Source: Verrucomicrobiales bacterium (lineage in GTDB: Bacteria; Verrucomicrobiota; Verrucomicrobiia; Verrucomicrobiales; V1-33). Taken from it: a stretch of DNA of 64,000 bases. A program made the position numbers and the translations under genes. The notes below the pieces were generated by a model. The model saw only the letters and a list, made by a program, of their open reading frames with translations, ran no database searches and was not told the origin of the DNA. Shown in pieces: positions 55,587-64,000 of the stretch; position 1 is the stretch's first letter; the number at the start of each line of letters is the position of its first letter. The stretch lies in the NCBI GenBank assembly GCA_031411295.1, contig JANOAV010000192.1, positions 1 to 64,000 of the forward strand. Direction: 5' to 3'.

Positions 55587-58500
55587 ATGAAAAAAATTCT
55601 CCGGCTAACGCTGCTCGTTTGCACACTCTTCCCTATTGGCGCCGAAGCGCAGGTTTCGGCCACCGAAATACTCTGGGGAGTGCCCCAACCTTATTTTCGC
55701 GGGGTAGCAGAGTTCATGGGTGAACCTGGAAAATATTATGAACTGGAGCGGACCACTGACCTCCTTCATTGGTCACCTTTACCGCAGATTTTTCGAGGGA
55801 ACGGCCAGCCAATTCGCCAGGTCTTACACCCTGATTTTTACCCGGATGTAGCTAGTTGGGTGACTCCCTCGACGCCGCAGATAGTTCCAGCCGATGTGCT
55901 ACAACCACTGCTGCCAGTGGGTCTCAACAGCACTGCGCAAAGCATTGAGACCATTCTTCAGGTCAAGTCTGTGGACCGAAATCACACCTCATTTCGGCAG
56001 TTAGATATGGCCCTAAGCGTGCAATTGCGGAATCGAGGCACACAGCCGCTGTCCAAGGTGCAATTAAATTTACCCCTCCAACTTGCCTTCTCCCATCTGG
56101 TCGCGGGAGCATCGCCCCCGGCGGTCGTTGAGCTACTGCCTGCGCCCACCGTAATCGAGGGGAGTGTTAATCTAAATAGCGCATTTGGATTTTCCGACAC
56201 TCGTTTACTGGCTGGAACTGATACTTTGAATCCTGGCACTACTTGCGCGATCCAGGTGACCTTAAGATTCACCTTTGCAGCGGGCTGGGCCTTTCCGCGC
56301 ACCCCACGCTATCTTTTTGCCGTGGCTTCTGCTGGGGCCTCGGCAAGCACCAATCCCGGAGTAGGAATCCAATTGTCCGGCACCACTTTACAAACCGTTA
56401 CCTTAACTCCGCAGCCTGGCGCGGCCACTTATGAGTGTTCTGGGGATCTCTACACGTGGTTGCCCCTCGGAACACCTAATCTGAGAAGATCCACTTCCAT
56501 CTATTTCTACAACCGTAGTGAGGTTTTCTCCCGTTGGTATAATGTGACTAGTTTCGCCGACGGTGGGGCCTTGGTAGCTTGGTGGTCCCCGGTTGAGGAA
56601 GCACAAGTGGCACAGTATTTCCCCCCTGGTTATTGGAACTCAATCGATCTCCGGAAACCGACAAATCTCGCGGAATATTATTCTGGCTATACAGAAATTT
56701 ACCGCACGTATCCATGCCCAAGTCCTGGAGTGACACCCGTGCCCGATCTTCCGACATTCGGATGTCCCACCAATATCGAGATCACCGTAGGGGCACACCC
56801 TTCCCGCCACGCTGCCGCGAGCACTGCGGTGGCGGCAGCGACCCCGCCGCAGAGCGAGTTCTTGGCGATGAATCTTTTTACGAGCCAATTGGCAACCATT
56901 AAAGCACAAATCATTGCCCAGTCCCTGGCCAACCCTCCTGCGCATCAAATAACGCCAAACCCGCAGGACCCTAATCTGCTGGCGCTCAGTGACCGTGATT
57001 TAACCAAGAAAACCAACGAATTTTTCAGACTTCGTCGTTGTGATCTGGACTCCAATTTCAATGGCACATATGATTCTGCTGAAACCAATGACGACTGGTG
57101 GCTAGATCTGGATGACGACGACGACGGTATCCCCAACGGCTATGACACCTTACCCGGTCCCGGCAACGCCGTAGGCACTTCCATCCTCATCAATGAAGTC
57201 TGCGCGGATAATGGCGGGAATCTGAAGACCGCTCCACATCCCATCACGGGTGATATTTCCAGCCCGGATTGGGTGGAGCTATATAACCCCACGTCGGGAC
57301 TTGTTGATCTCAGTGGTTGGCAGTTGCGGGATACCTCGAATAAATATTATACCTTCGGCGCTGCTGCCACCATTCCCGCGAAGGGCTTCTTGATCGTGTT
57401 CTGCATGGGAGATAATGACGCGGTGGACGTGGGCAGTGAGCATCGGGCACGCTTCGCTATTAGCTCTGGAGCCGATGGCGAAGCCGTCACGCTTTTTAAT
57501 GCGGTGGGGGCTTTGGTGGATGGAACCCCTACACCCGGACCGCAATATCGAGACGTGACCTACGGCAGATTCCTCAATCCGCGGCACGCGGCCGGAGTCA
57601 GCCCGCTGACTTGGGGCTACCTGAGCAAACCCACGCCCATGGCCCACAACAGCTCTGGCTACACTGGGCAAGCCGCAGATCCTGATATGAAAATGAGGGA
57701 CGTAGATACGGATGCCGAGGTCTTTCCCGGGGTCTACAGTCGCTCCGAGCACCGAGCCCTTAAATTGGTGCTCACTGGCGGTGGGCAGAACACCAGCCTG
57801 CATTACACGACCAATTGTGCTGATCCCACCGGTTGGTCACCGATTTACGACCCCGCTAATCCACCCACTTTTGACCGCACCGTCATTATTAAGGCAGCAG
57901 CAGTGGGCCGGGATATGCTGCCGTCGAAAATTGTGGTGCAGACCTACATCTTTAAAGAAAGCGTCGTGGGTCCGGCTGTGGGTGATCCACTCTTATTACC
58001 GGGAAGTCCTCCGATTACGGTGCAGACGAAGCCCGCCTACTACCCGGAATTCAGCACTCAGGAATACGACCATGGATCAACGTATAATGGGGTGCCGATC
58101 CCTTACGGCGTAAGCGCCACGGTGGCGGCGCAAAACCGCGCGGCCATCATGGCCCAGCTGAGTGCCTTACCCTCTCTTTCCGTGGTCATCCCGGTGGCGG
58201 ACTTCTTGGACCGGGACAGTGCTGGAATCTACGCTTGTTCCTACAACACCAGCAACCCCGCCATCGATCCCCGGTGCACGGGCTGGGAGCGGGTCACCAG
58301 TTTCGAATGGCTCCATCCGGAAAATGGGCTTCCGGTTGGTGCCTCCAGGGCGAATGTCCACTGCTCAATTACGATGTCGGGCAATACAAATTTGGACTGG
58401 TGGCGGACGGAGAAGCATTCGCTAACGCTGAGCTTCAAGAGGGAATTGGGGGCCTCGAAATACGATCCTAAATTTAAGCCGTTTCCACAGGAATTAGAGG

Positions 58501-59831
58501 TCAAGCCTAAATATGACAATTTGATCCTGCGCAATCCGACCTTCGATTGCTGGCCTGTAACCACAGGTCTCCCTTCAGACACGATTCCCGCGCAAGCGAC
58601 CTATGCTAAAGATGTGTATGCCCGCAATACCCTGACGGCGCTTGGGTCTCCGCAACTGTATCATCGCTGGGTCCACCTCTACGTGAATGGGTTATATTGG
58701 GGAGCCTATATGCTTACGGAGCGCGCCGACCAAGACACTTGCCAGCGGCGCTTCGGAGCTGGTGATTATTACGTCTGGAAAGATGCCAAGGGAGAGCAGG
58801 TGGGGGACAATCTGCCAGCCCAAGACACTGCTGCGGTGGTCTGGGCAAAACTAATGACGGACGGGGCCGCCGTGCGACTCAAATCCACCTCCGTGACACC
58901 CCAAGATGCCGCCTCGGAACTGGCCGTTGTTGAGAATGAAGCGGACTTGAATAGCTTCGTGGATTACGCGGTCTTCCATGCCTTTCTCGGCAATTTTGAT
59001 GCCATGACCAACAATGGCCGCGTCTATAAAAAGATGCCCTCTGGAAAATTTACCTGGTGGGCGTATGACATTGAAGTCGGCGCTGCTCCCAATTTTTTGA
59101 CCCGTAATTGCTTCACTTCCTACTGGTGGGCGGAGTCCACCGCACCTAAAGGACCGCTCAATTCCGAAGCCCGATTGCTTTATGATCTGACGCGGTATCC
59201 CAAATTTGCCCAACGTTTTGGGGACCGCGCTTGGCAACTTTGCTTGATGCCGTCGAACCTGCAAACACGGTTGTCCGACGGTGCGCTGACGGGAGACACC
59301 TCTGCCGGAAAGGCCCAGACCCGCTTTGCCGCTGCGGCGGCGGATTTTGACGCAATCCGCCTTAGTGAGGCATTGCGGTGGGGGGCCGGTTATCGTGGAG
59401 GTTCCGCTTCCAGTCCGCTGACCACCACAGGAACCCCCTACGTCATTGGGATGGACACTCCACTGACCTACCCAGGGGGATTTCTGGCAGCCCGCCGCAC
59501 GTATTTCCAGAGCCAGCTCCAATCACTCGGGCTTCTCTCCACGGTGCCGCTGCCAACGTTGACCGCTGGCAGCGCACCAAATACTTGGATCCTCGCTGCG
59601 CCTACTCTGGCGGGCAGCCAGACTTATTACAATGCTGATGGTATCCCGGCTGATCCAGATGGACCGGGCCTTAGCACCACTGGAACTTTAGTGGTGGCCG
59701 GGACACCCAGGACGCTCACGGCTCCGTTTCATCTTACTGCCCGAGTTCGTTCGTCTGTGCCTGCCGGCACGACCGACGACACCCCGCTTTGGTCCAACCT
59801 ATTTGACATTGAACTCCCACTCCATCCATGA
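55587..59831 (+). CDS. Secreted lamin-tail-domain / chitobiase-Fn3-like / CotH kinase family protein
   Basis: Signal peptide, DxDDDGIPNGYD Ca-binding-like motif, ILINEV...DWVELYN (LTD), HYTTNCADP, HLYVNGLYWGAYMLTER...NFD...NN...WAYDIE (CotH). Confidence 0.82.
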   Translation: MKKILRLTLLVCTLFPIGAEAQVSATEILWGVPQPYFRGVAEFMGEPGKYYELERTTDLLHWSPLPQIFRGNGQPIRQVLHPDFYPDVASWVTPSTPQIVPADVLQPLLPVGLNSTAQSIETILQVKSVDRNHTSFRQLDMALSVQLRNRGTQPLSKVQLNLPLQLAFSHLVAGASPPAVVELLPAPTVIEGSVNLNSAFGFSDTRLLAGTDTLNPGTTCAIQVTLRFTFAAGWAFPRTPRYLFAVASAGASASTNPGVGIQLSGTTLQTVTLTPQPGAATYECSGDLYTWLPLGTPNLRRSTSIYFYNRSEVFSRWYNVTSFADGGALVAWWSPVEEAQVAQYFPPGYWNSIDLRKPTNLAEYYSGYTEIYRTYPCPSPGVTPVPDLPTFGCPTNIEITVGAHPSRHAAASTAVAAATPPQSEFLAMNLFTSQLATIKAQIIAQSLANPPAHQITPNPQDPNLLALSDRDLTKKTNEFFRLRRCDLDSNFNGTYDSAETNDDWWLDLDDDDDGIPNGYDTLPGPGNAVGTSILINEVCADNGGNLKTAPHPITGDISSPDWVELYNPTSGLVDLSGWQLRDTSNKYYTFGAAATIPAKGFLIVFCMGDNDAVDVGSEHRARFAISSGADGEAVTLFNAVGALVDGTPTPGPQYRDVTYGRFLNPRHAAGVSPLTWGYLSKPTPMAHNSSGYTGQAADPDMKMRDVDTDAEVFPGVYSRSEHRALKLVLTGGGQNTSLHYTTNCADPTGWSPIYDPANPPTFDRTVIIKAAAVGRDMLPSKIVVQTYIFKESVVGPAVGDPLLLPGSPPITVQTKPAYYPEFSTQEYDHGSTYNGVPIPYGVSATVAAQNRAAIMAQLSALPSLSVVIPVADFLDRDSAGIYACSYNTSNPAIDPRCTGWERVTSFEWLHPENGLPVGASRANVHCSITMSGNTNLDWWRTEKHSLTLSFKRELGASKYDPKFKPFPQELEVKPKYDNLILRNPTFDCWPVTTGLPSDTIPAQATYAKDVYARNTLTALGSPQLYHRWVHLYVNGLYWGAYMLTERADQDTCQRRFGAGDYYVWKDAKGEQVGDNLPAQDTAAVVWAKLMTDGAAVRLKSTSVTPQDAASELAVVENEADLNSFVDYAVFHAFLGNFDAMTNNGRVYKKMPSGKFTWWAYDIEVGAAPNFLTRNCFTSYWWAESTAPKGPLNSEARLLYDLTRYPKFAQRFGDRAWQLCLMPSNLQTRLSDGALTGDTSAGKAQTRFAAAAADFDAIRLSEALRWGAGYRGGSASSPLTTTGTPYVIGMDTPLTYPGGFLAARRTYFQSQLQSLGLLSTVPLPTLTAGSAPNTWILAAPTLAGSQTYYNADGIPADPDGPGLSTTGTLVVAGTPRTLTAPFHLTARVRSSVPAGTTDDTPLWSNLFDIELPLHP

Positions 59832-60565
59832 AAATCTATCCCACCCTGCTCTGCCTTTCACTGTTGTTGGCCGCCAAGTTCCACCTCATCGGGGCCGTGG
59901 TAGCAACCTCAATAACTCCTTACCGCAGCCTCGCTGACAGCCCATGGTATGCAGCCGTGGCGGGCGGTGACAGCCTGATTTTCACAAGTCACAATTACCA
60001 AGGATGCGTGGATGCGGTAAATCAGGACACCCTGCCAGATGGGTATGGCCTCTACGAAGACTTCGAGGAGTGCTTCACGCCTTGGTTGCACAAAATCTAT
60101 GTGCAGCAGGACGAAAATTTTTCCGTAGATGCAGACGACGGTGTATTAAATGGTGTCGGCTTGGGTCATAGTATCAGTTCCAATGGCCAAAATGCTGCGG
60201 ATACTGAGGGCTTCACACTGCAATTTTCACCCACAACAGATAATAAATACCCTCAATGGTTCGGTTTTGCCCAGCTTACGAATTACGAGAAGATCGCAGG
60301 ATTTGATGTGCTGGGGGTCGGAGGAGGGCTTATTGCACACGTTACCCTAACCGAACTGACGGCAGCCGTGGGCCAGACACCTTACGTGGCCAAATTCCAG
60401 GGATTTATTGTGGGTCAGGAGATTGGTTCTATCCTCTTTCATAACGCCGTAAACATCGATCACTTTCAATATGGTTACGGAGCCGGGCCAGTTCCCGAGC
60501 CTAGTTCATTTAACCTGCTGGGGCCTGCTTTGATGGTTTTATTCCGCCGCCGAAAAACACCATGA
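59828..60565 (+). CDS. PEP-CTERM protein (paralogue 1)
   Basis: Signal peptide; VPEPSSFNLLGPALMVLFRRRK. Confidence 0.88.
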   Translation: MKIYPTLLCLSLLLAAKFHLIGAVVATSITPYRSLADSPWYAAVAGGDSLIFTSHNYQGCVDAVNQDTLPDGYGLYEDFEECFTPWLHKIYVQQDENFSVDADDGVLNGVGLGHSISSNGQNAADTEGFTLQFSPTTDNKYPQWFGFAQLTNYEKIAGFDVLGVGGGLIAHVTLTELTAAVGQTPYVAKFQGFIVGQEIGSILFHNAVNIDHFQYGYGAGPVPEPSSFNLLGPALMVLFRRRKTP

Positions 60566-61398
60566 AGTTAGGCGTTTGCAACCTAGTTATTCTTGCGGTT
60601 TGTCTCACCACTGCCCAGCTAAGTGCAGCCGTGGTGGTAACTTTAGTAACTCCTTACCGCAGCCTCGCTGATAGCCCATGGTCTGCAGCCGTGGCGGGCG
60701 GTGACAGCCTGATTTTCACAAGTCACAATTTCCAAGGATGCGTGGATGCGGTAAATCAGGATACCCTGCCAGATGGTTACGGCCTCTACGAAGATTTTGA
60801 GGAGTGTTTTACGCCGTGGGTGACAAACTTAGCTTCGACCACGCCTTGGGAACGTTCTTCCAATGCGGGAGTCGATGCAGATGACGGCGTAATTAACGGG
60901 ATTACCGATGGCCATGGTATTAAGTCGACCCCTCCATTCGGTGCTTCCGGCGATGTCTTCACTATCACGTTCACTCCGACCTTGGATGGGAAATTCCCCA
61001 AATGGTTCGGATTCGCTAGCGCGAACGCAAACAATACTTCGAGACTGGAAGTCATGGGAATTGGGGGCTCTGTGATTGAAGCCGTTGACTTGACAGCGTT
61101 AGCCGCGAGTGTAGGCAATACCCCGTTTGTCGCTAAGTTTCAGGGCTTCATATTAAATCAGCCCATTACAGCAGTGCGTTTCTAGGACGGATTGACAATT
61201 GACCACTTTCAATACGGTTACGGAGCCGGTCCGGTGCCCGAGCCTTCGGCAATGGCCCTTATTGGCTTGGGTTTCATGGTTGCATTCCGCCGCCGAAAAG
61301 CACTAGTGGCCCATACCTTGAATTTGGAGCGGTCCGCTCGGCTGCTCAATCCATCATGCATCCAGCAGTCCAGCGGACTGCTGCCACTCTCGAGGTAA
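60562..61398 (+). pseudogene. PEP-CTERM protein (paralogue 2) interrupted by in-frame TAG at 61183-61185
   Basis: ...AVRF-TAG-DGLTIDHFQYGYGAGPVPEPS continues in the same frame and aligns with paralogue 1 ILFHNAVNIDHFQYGYGAGPVPEPS. Confidence 0.8.
61325..61387. repeat. Palindromic element, copy 2
   Basis: TGGAGCGGTCCGCTCGGCTGCTCAATCCATCATGCATCCAGCAGTCCAGCGGACTGCTGCCAC; 6 substitutions and 1 indel versus copy 1. Confidence 0.85.
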
Positions 61399-61399
61399 A

Positions 61400-62083
61400 T
61401 TACTCGAAGCGATAGCCAATTCCGTGGATCGTGCGGATGATGACAGGATTGGCGGGGTCTTGTTCCACGCGTTTTCTGAGCTGCGAAATGTGTTGGTCCA
61501 GGGTTCTACTATTGGGATAGTATTCCATGCCCCAGCATTCATCGAAGAGATGTTCTCTGGTCACGGCTTTGCCTCGTTCCCGGAAGAGGAGCGCCAGGAT
61601 CTTCAGGTCCCGCAAGCTCAAGTCCACAACCTGATCCCCGCGCCAGGCCCGCAACTCCTGGGGCACGATGCGCACGTCGGCCATCGTGAAGTCCTCGTTG
61701 CCCTGTTGCTTGTTTGGAGCTTGGAAACAGCGTCGGGTGACGGCGCGCACGCGGGCCAGCAGGGCTTGCACGCCGAAGGGCTTCACGATGAAATCATCTG
61801 CTCCCAGTTCCAATCCCAGCACAGTGTCGATTTCCTCTGACTTGGCACTAATGAAGAGCACGGGCACGTGCGGATTGAGTTTGCGGATTTCCCGACAGAC
61901 GTCATAGCCGTTGCGCTTCGGCATCATGATGTCCAGGCAGACCGCATCCGGTTGTTGCTGGTGAAAGAGATTCAGCGCCTCGTCGCCATCGGCAGCAGCC
62001 ACGGTGCGCCAGCCTTCGTTGGCAAATACTTCCACCAAACCACGGCGGGTGAGGGGATCGTCTTCAGCAATGAGGATAGTCAT
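61400..62083 (-). CDS. OmpR-family response regulator
   Basis: ILIAEDD, LDIMMP, GADDFIVKPF, SRTLDQHISQLRK, TIHGIGYRF. Confidence 0.95.
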   Translation of the reverse strand: MTILIAEDDPLTRRGLVEVFANEGWRTVAAADGDEALNLFHQQQPDAVCLDIMMPKRNGYDVCREIRKLNPHVPVLFISAKSEEIDTVLGLELGADDFIVKPFGVQALLARVRAVTRRCFQAPNKQQGNEDFTMADVRIVPQELRAWRGDQVVDLSLRDLKILALLFRERGKAVTREHLFDECWGMEYYPNSRTLDQHISQLRKRVEQDPANPVIIRTIHGIGYRFE

Positions 62084-63603
62084 TTTCGGGGTAGGGTTAG
62101 AATGAAACTAGCCCCCTGGCCACCGTTGGCGGATTCGCAGCACAGGGTGCCGCCCAACAGTTGGGCTAGCTCTCGCGCAATGCTGAGGCCGATTCCGGTG
62201 CCTGTGATGCCGTCGCTGAGCTTGTCGCTTAAGCGCACGAAGGGTGCGAAAATGGCATCCCGCTGGGACGCAGGAACACCGGGTCCACGATCCTCTACGA
62301 TGATGGAGAATGCAGATTCTGCAGGCTGCAATCGAAGCCAGGCCACGCCACCATCGGCCCCATACTTCTCCACATTGCTGAGTAAGTTCCCCACGATCTG
62401 CTCCAGTAAATCGGTATCCGTATGAGCCGTTAGGGCTGGCGGCATCTCGACTTCCAAGCGCAATTGCTTATTGGTCAAGGCGGGGCGGAATTGCTCCGCT
62501 ATCCGCAGCAGTAGTGCGACGACATCACATGAAGCCGGATGAGGTTGAATCTGACCGCGTTGGTGCTTGGAGAAACTGAGCACGTTGGAAATCAACCGCC
62601 CCAGCCGCGCGCTCTCGCTGGTGACAATTTCCAGACACTCGTGCACGTCGGTGGCTTCTGCGGGTAACTTCTGTGCGGCCAGTTCTGCGTAAAGCGAAAT
62701 GTTGGTTAGAGGAGTTTTGAGTTCATGCGAGACTTGATTGACGAAGCTCACCCGTTGCCCGGCCTGACGGATCTCCCGGGCGCTCTCGCGATACAAATAC
62801 CACGCCACTAATCCGAGCACGAGCGTGGCGCAGGTGAGGCCGATGAGTAATTGATAGCGCCAGGCTTGCGATCCTTGCACCACGACGTCCGACATGGCGC
62901 AGGTGAGTTTCCAACCCGGTAGCTGGGGTGGGGGATTGGTGGTGACTTGCACCATGGGGTCGGTGGCCTGCCCCCAGCCATAAATTTCCTGTCCCTGGGC
63001 GTCAGTTAGGGTGAATGCAGCCGTGCTGTCTGCGGCGTTAGGTAGTGCGTTCACCAGCTCTGCCATCACCACGGCACTGGGAACTTCTGCGCCCACCAGC
63101 GAGCCATTGGATTGACGCAGCCAGAACCAGCATCGGGTTCCGCCACCGTGATACCAGAGTTTCCAACCATAGTTGGACGACTGTCCATTCTCTCCCATGG
63201 CCCGATCCAGGCGCTCTCCGCTTTGCCATATTTCCGCACTGCGTTGGAGAAAATCGCGTTCCTCATTGGAGCACAGTTCCGGTGCGGTGGGTGGAAAGGT
63301 GCGTTTCCCAGTGCCATCAATCACGAAGACCTGACTCACCATGGGATGCGTCCGACTCAACGCCCGCAAGCGATCCACGCCATACTCCGTGAGATTCAAG
63401 GTGTCCGCCAACCGTCGTTCTGTGCGGTCCAATGTTTCGGCTAGGGTGGTGTTTACCTCGGCCAGACGCTGGTGCATCACCTGGGTGAAATTCTCCCGCA
63501 AACGGGCGCGCTCTCCGTCCAGCATTCGCCATCCCAAATACGCCAGGCCAATGATTGGCAGCGTAACCAGTAACACTAACGAGAGGATGGAGGAACGTTT
63601 CAA
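62080..63603 (-). CDS. Sensor histidine kinase
   Basis: Two TM helices, SHELKTPL, NLLSNVEKY, DRGPG, GTGIGL. Confidence 0.95.
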   Translation of the reverse strand: MKRSSILSLVLLVTLPIIGLAYLGWRMLDGERARLRENFTQVMHQRLAEVNTTLAETLDRTERRLADTLNLTEYGVDRLRALSRTHPMVSQVFVIDGTGKRTFPPTAPELCSNEERDFLQRSAEIWQSGERLDRAMGENGQSSNYGWKLWYHGGGTRCWFWLRQSNGSLVGAEVPSAVVMAELVNALPNAADSTAAFTLTDAQGQEIYGWGQATDPMVQVTTNPPPQLPGWKLTCAMSDVVVQGSQAWRYQLLIGLTCATLVLGLVAWYLYRESAREIRQAGQRVSFVNQVSHELKTPLTNISLYAELAAQKLPAEATDVHECLEIVTSESARLGRLISNVLSFSKHQRGQIQPHPASCDVVALLLRIAEQFRPALTNKQLRLEVEMPPALTAHTDTDLLEQIVGNLLSNVEKYGADGGVAWLRLQPAESAFSIIVEDRGPGVPASQRDAIFAPFVRLSDKLSDGITGTGIGLSIARELAQLLGGTLCCESANGGQGASFILTLPRK

Positions 63604-63633
63604 AGTGGAACGGAGAGCGCGGCAGGTTTGGGG

Positions 63634-64000
63634 TTATTTCTTTTCTGAGAGATCCGCCCGACGCGACTGCACTGCCTGCGGGGCGGCACCTTGGGAGTTC
63701 TTCAGGGCGTAGGAATTGTCCTTCATTTGTTTGCGCGCCACATTCCAATCGATGTCAAGATTTCTGGCATCAACCGTGTTCGATAGGCACTGCATCCGCA
63801 GCTCCGGGCTATCCAGTTTTTCCCCCCATTCACCGAGGACGCTGCCGTTGCTCAGAAGGAGTTGTCTCGCCTCATCCACCTTGCCTTCATCACGTAATTT
63901 GACGGCGGCTTCGTTGGTTCCGTTGCCCACTTGCGTCATCCATGCTACGAGCACATCCTTATTGACTGCCGCTTCGACTTCCGCAGGAATATTGGAGAAC
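63634..64000 (-). CDS. C-terminal part of upstream gene (possibly VWA-domain protein), partial
   Basis: Open frame to the window edge (AVKLRDEGKVDEARQLL...ARKQM). Family guess rests on common VWA-HK-RR context only. Confidence 0.5.
   Translation of the reverse strand, partial: FSNIPAEVEAAVNKDVLVAWMTQVGNGTNEAAVKLRDEGKVDEARQLLLSNGSVLGEWGEKLDSPELRMQCLSNTVDARNLDIDWNVARKQMKDNSYALKNSQGAAPQAVQSRRADLSEKK

Noticed and set aside
55291..55590. 99-aa ORF over the hairpin, or a retron/attC interpretation of the hairpin
   Set aside because: No protein features, no reverse transcriptase or integron integrase nearby, and no clear attC core sites.
61183..61185. Pyrrolysine or genetic-code reassignment of TAG
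   Set aside because: Other genes in the window end normally at TAG (e.g. 18499, 27348) and no pyl genes are seen.

Overview
GC-rich bacterial chromosomal window, most likely Verrucomicrobiota (PEP-CTERM proteins, DUF1501/PSD1 cytochrome c genes, PVC-type heme-binding dehydrogenase, TGTTC-N4-GAACA LexA box). Gene order: start of an IS5-family transposase cutting into a giant BlaR1/M56 gene with its BlaI repressor; DEAD-box helicase, ruvC, ABC ATPase; phospholipase D; a DUF1553-DUF1501 pair split by an antisense AbrB-Doc toxin-antitoxin module; PpnP; an MbnP-MbnH fusion; EPS export genes (beta-barrel, Wza, Wzc); a Tol-Pal cluster; a ~2,550-aa PEP-CTERM adhesin; Uma2; DeaD, MutT; a CE15-PL10 fusion; a ~6.6-kb direct-repeat-flanked block (21-bp VNTR, long hairpin, LTD-CotH protein, two PEP-CTERM paralogues); and a two-component system. 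The standout is a 1,455-aa ORF fusing a Y-family (DinB-like) polymerase to a C-family (DnaE-like) polymerase. Both keep their catalytic acidic residues, a LexA box lies directly upstream, and the interdomain linker is encoded by an in-frame REP-like palindrome pair. In-frame REP-like elements recur in other coding regions. All calls come from motif recognition by eye; no searches were run.
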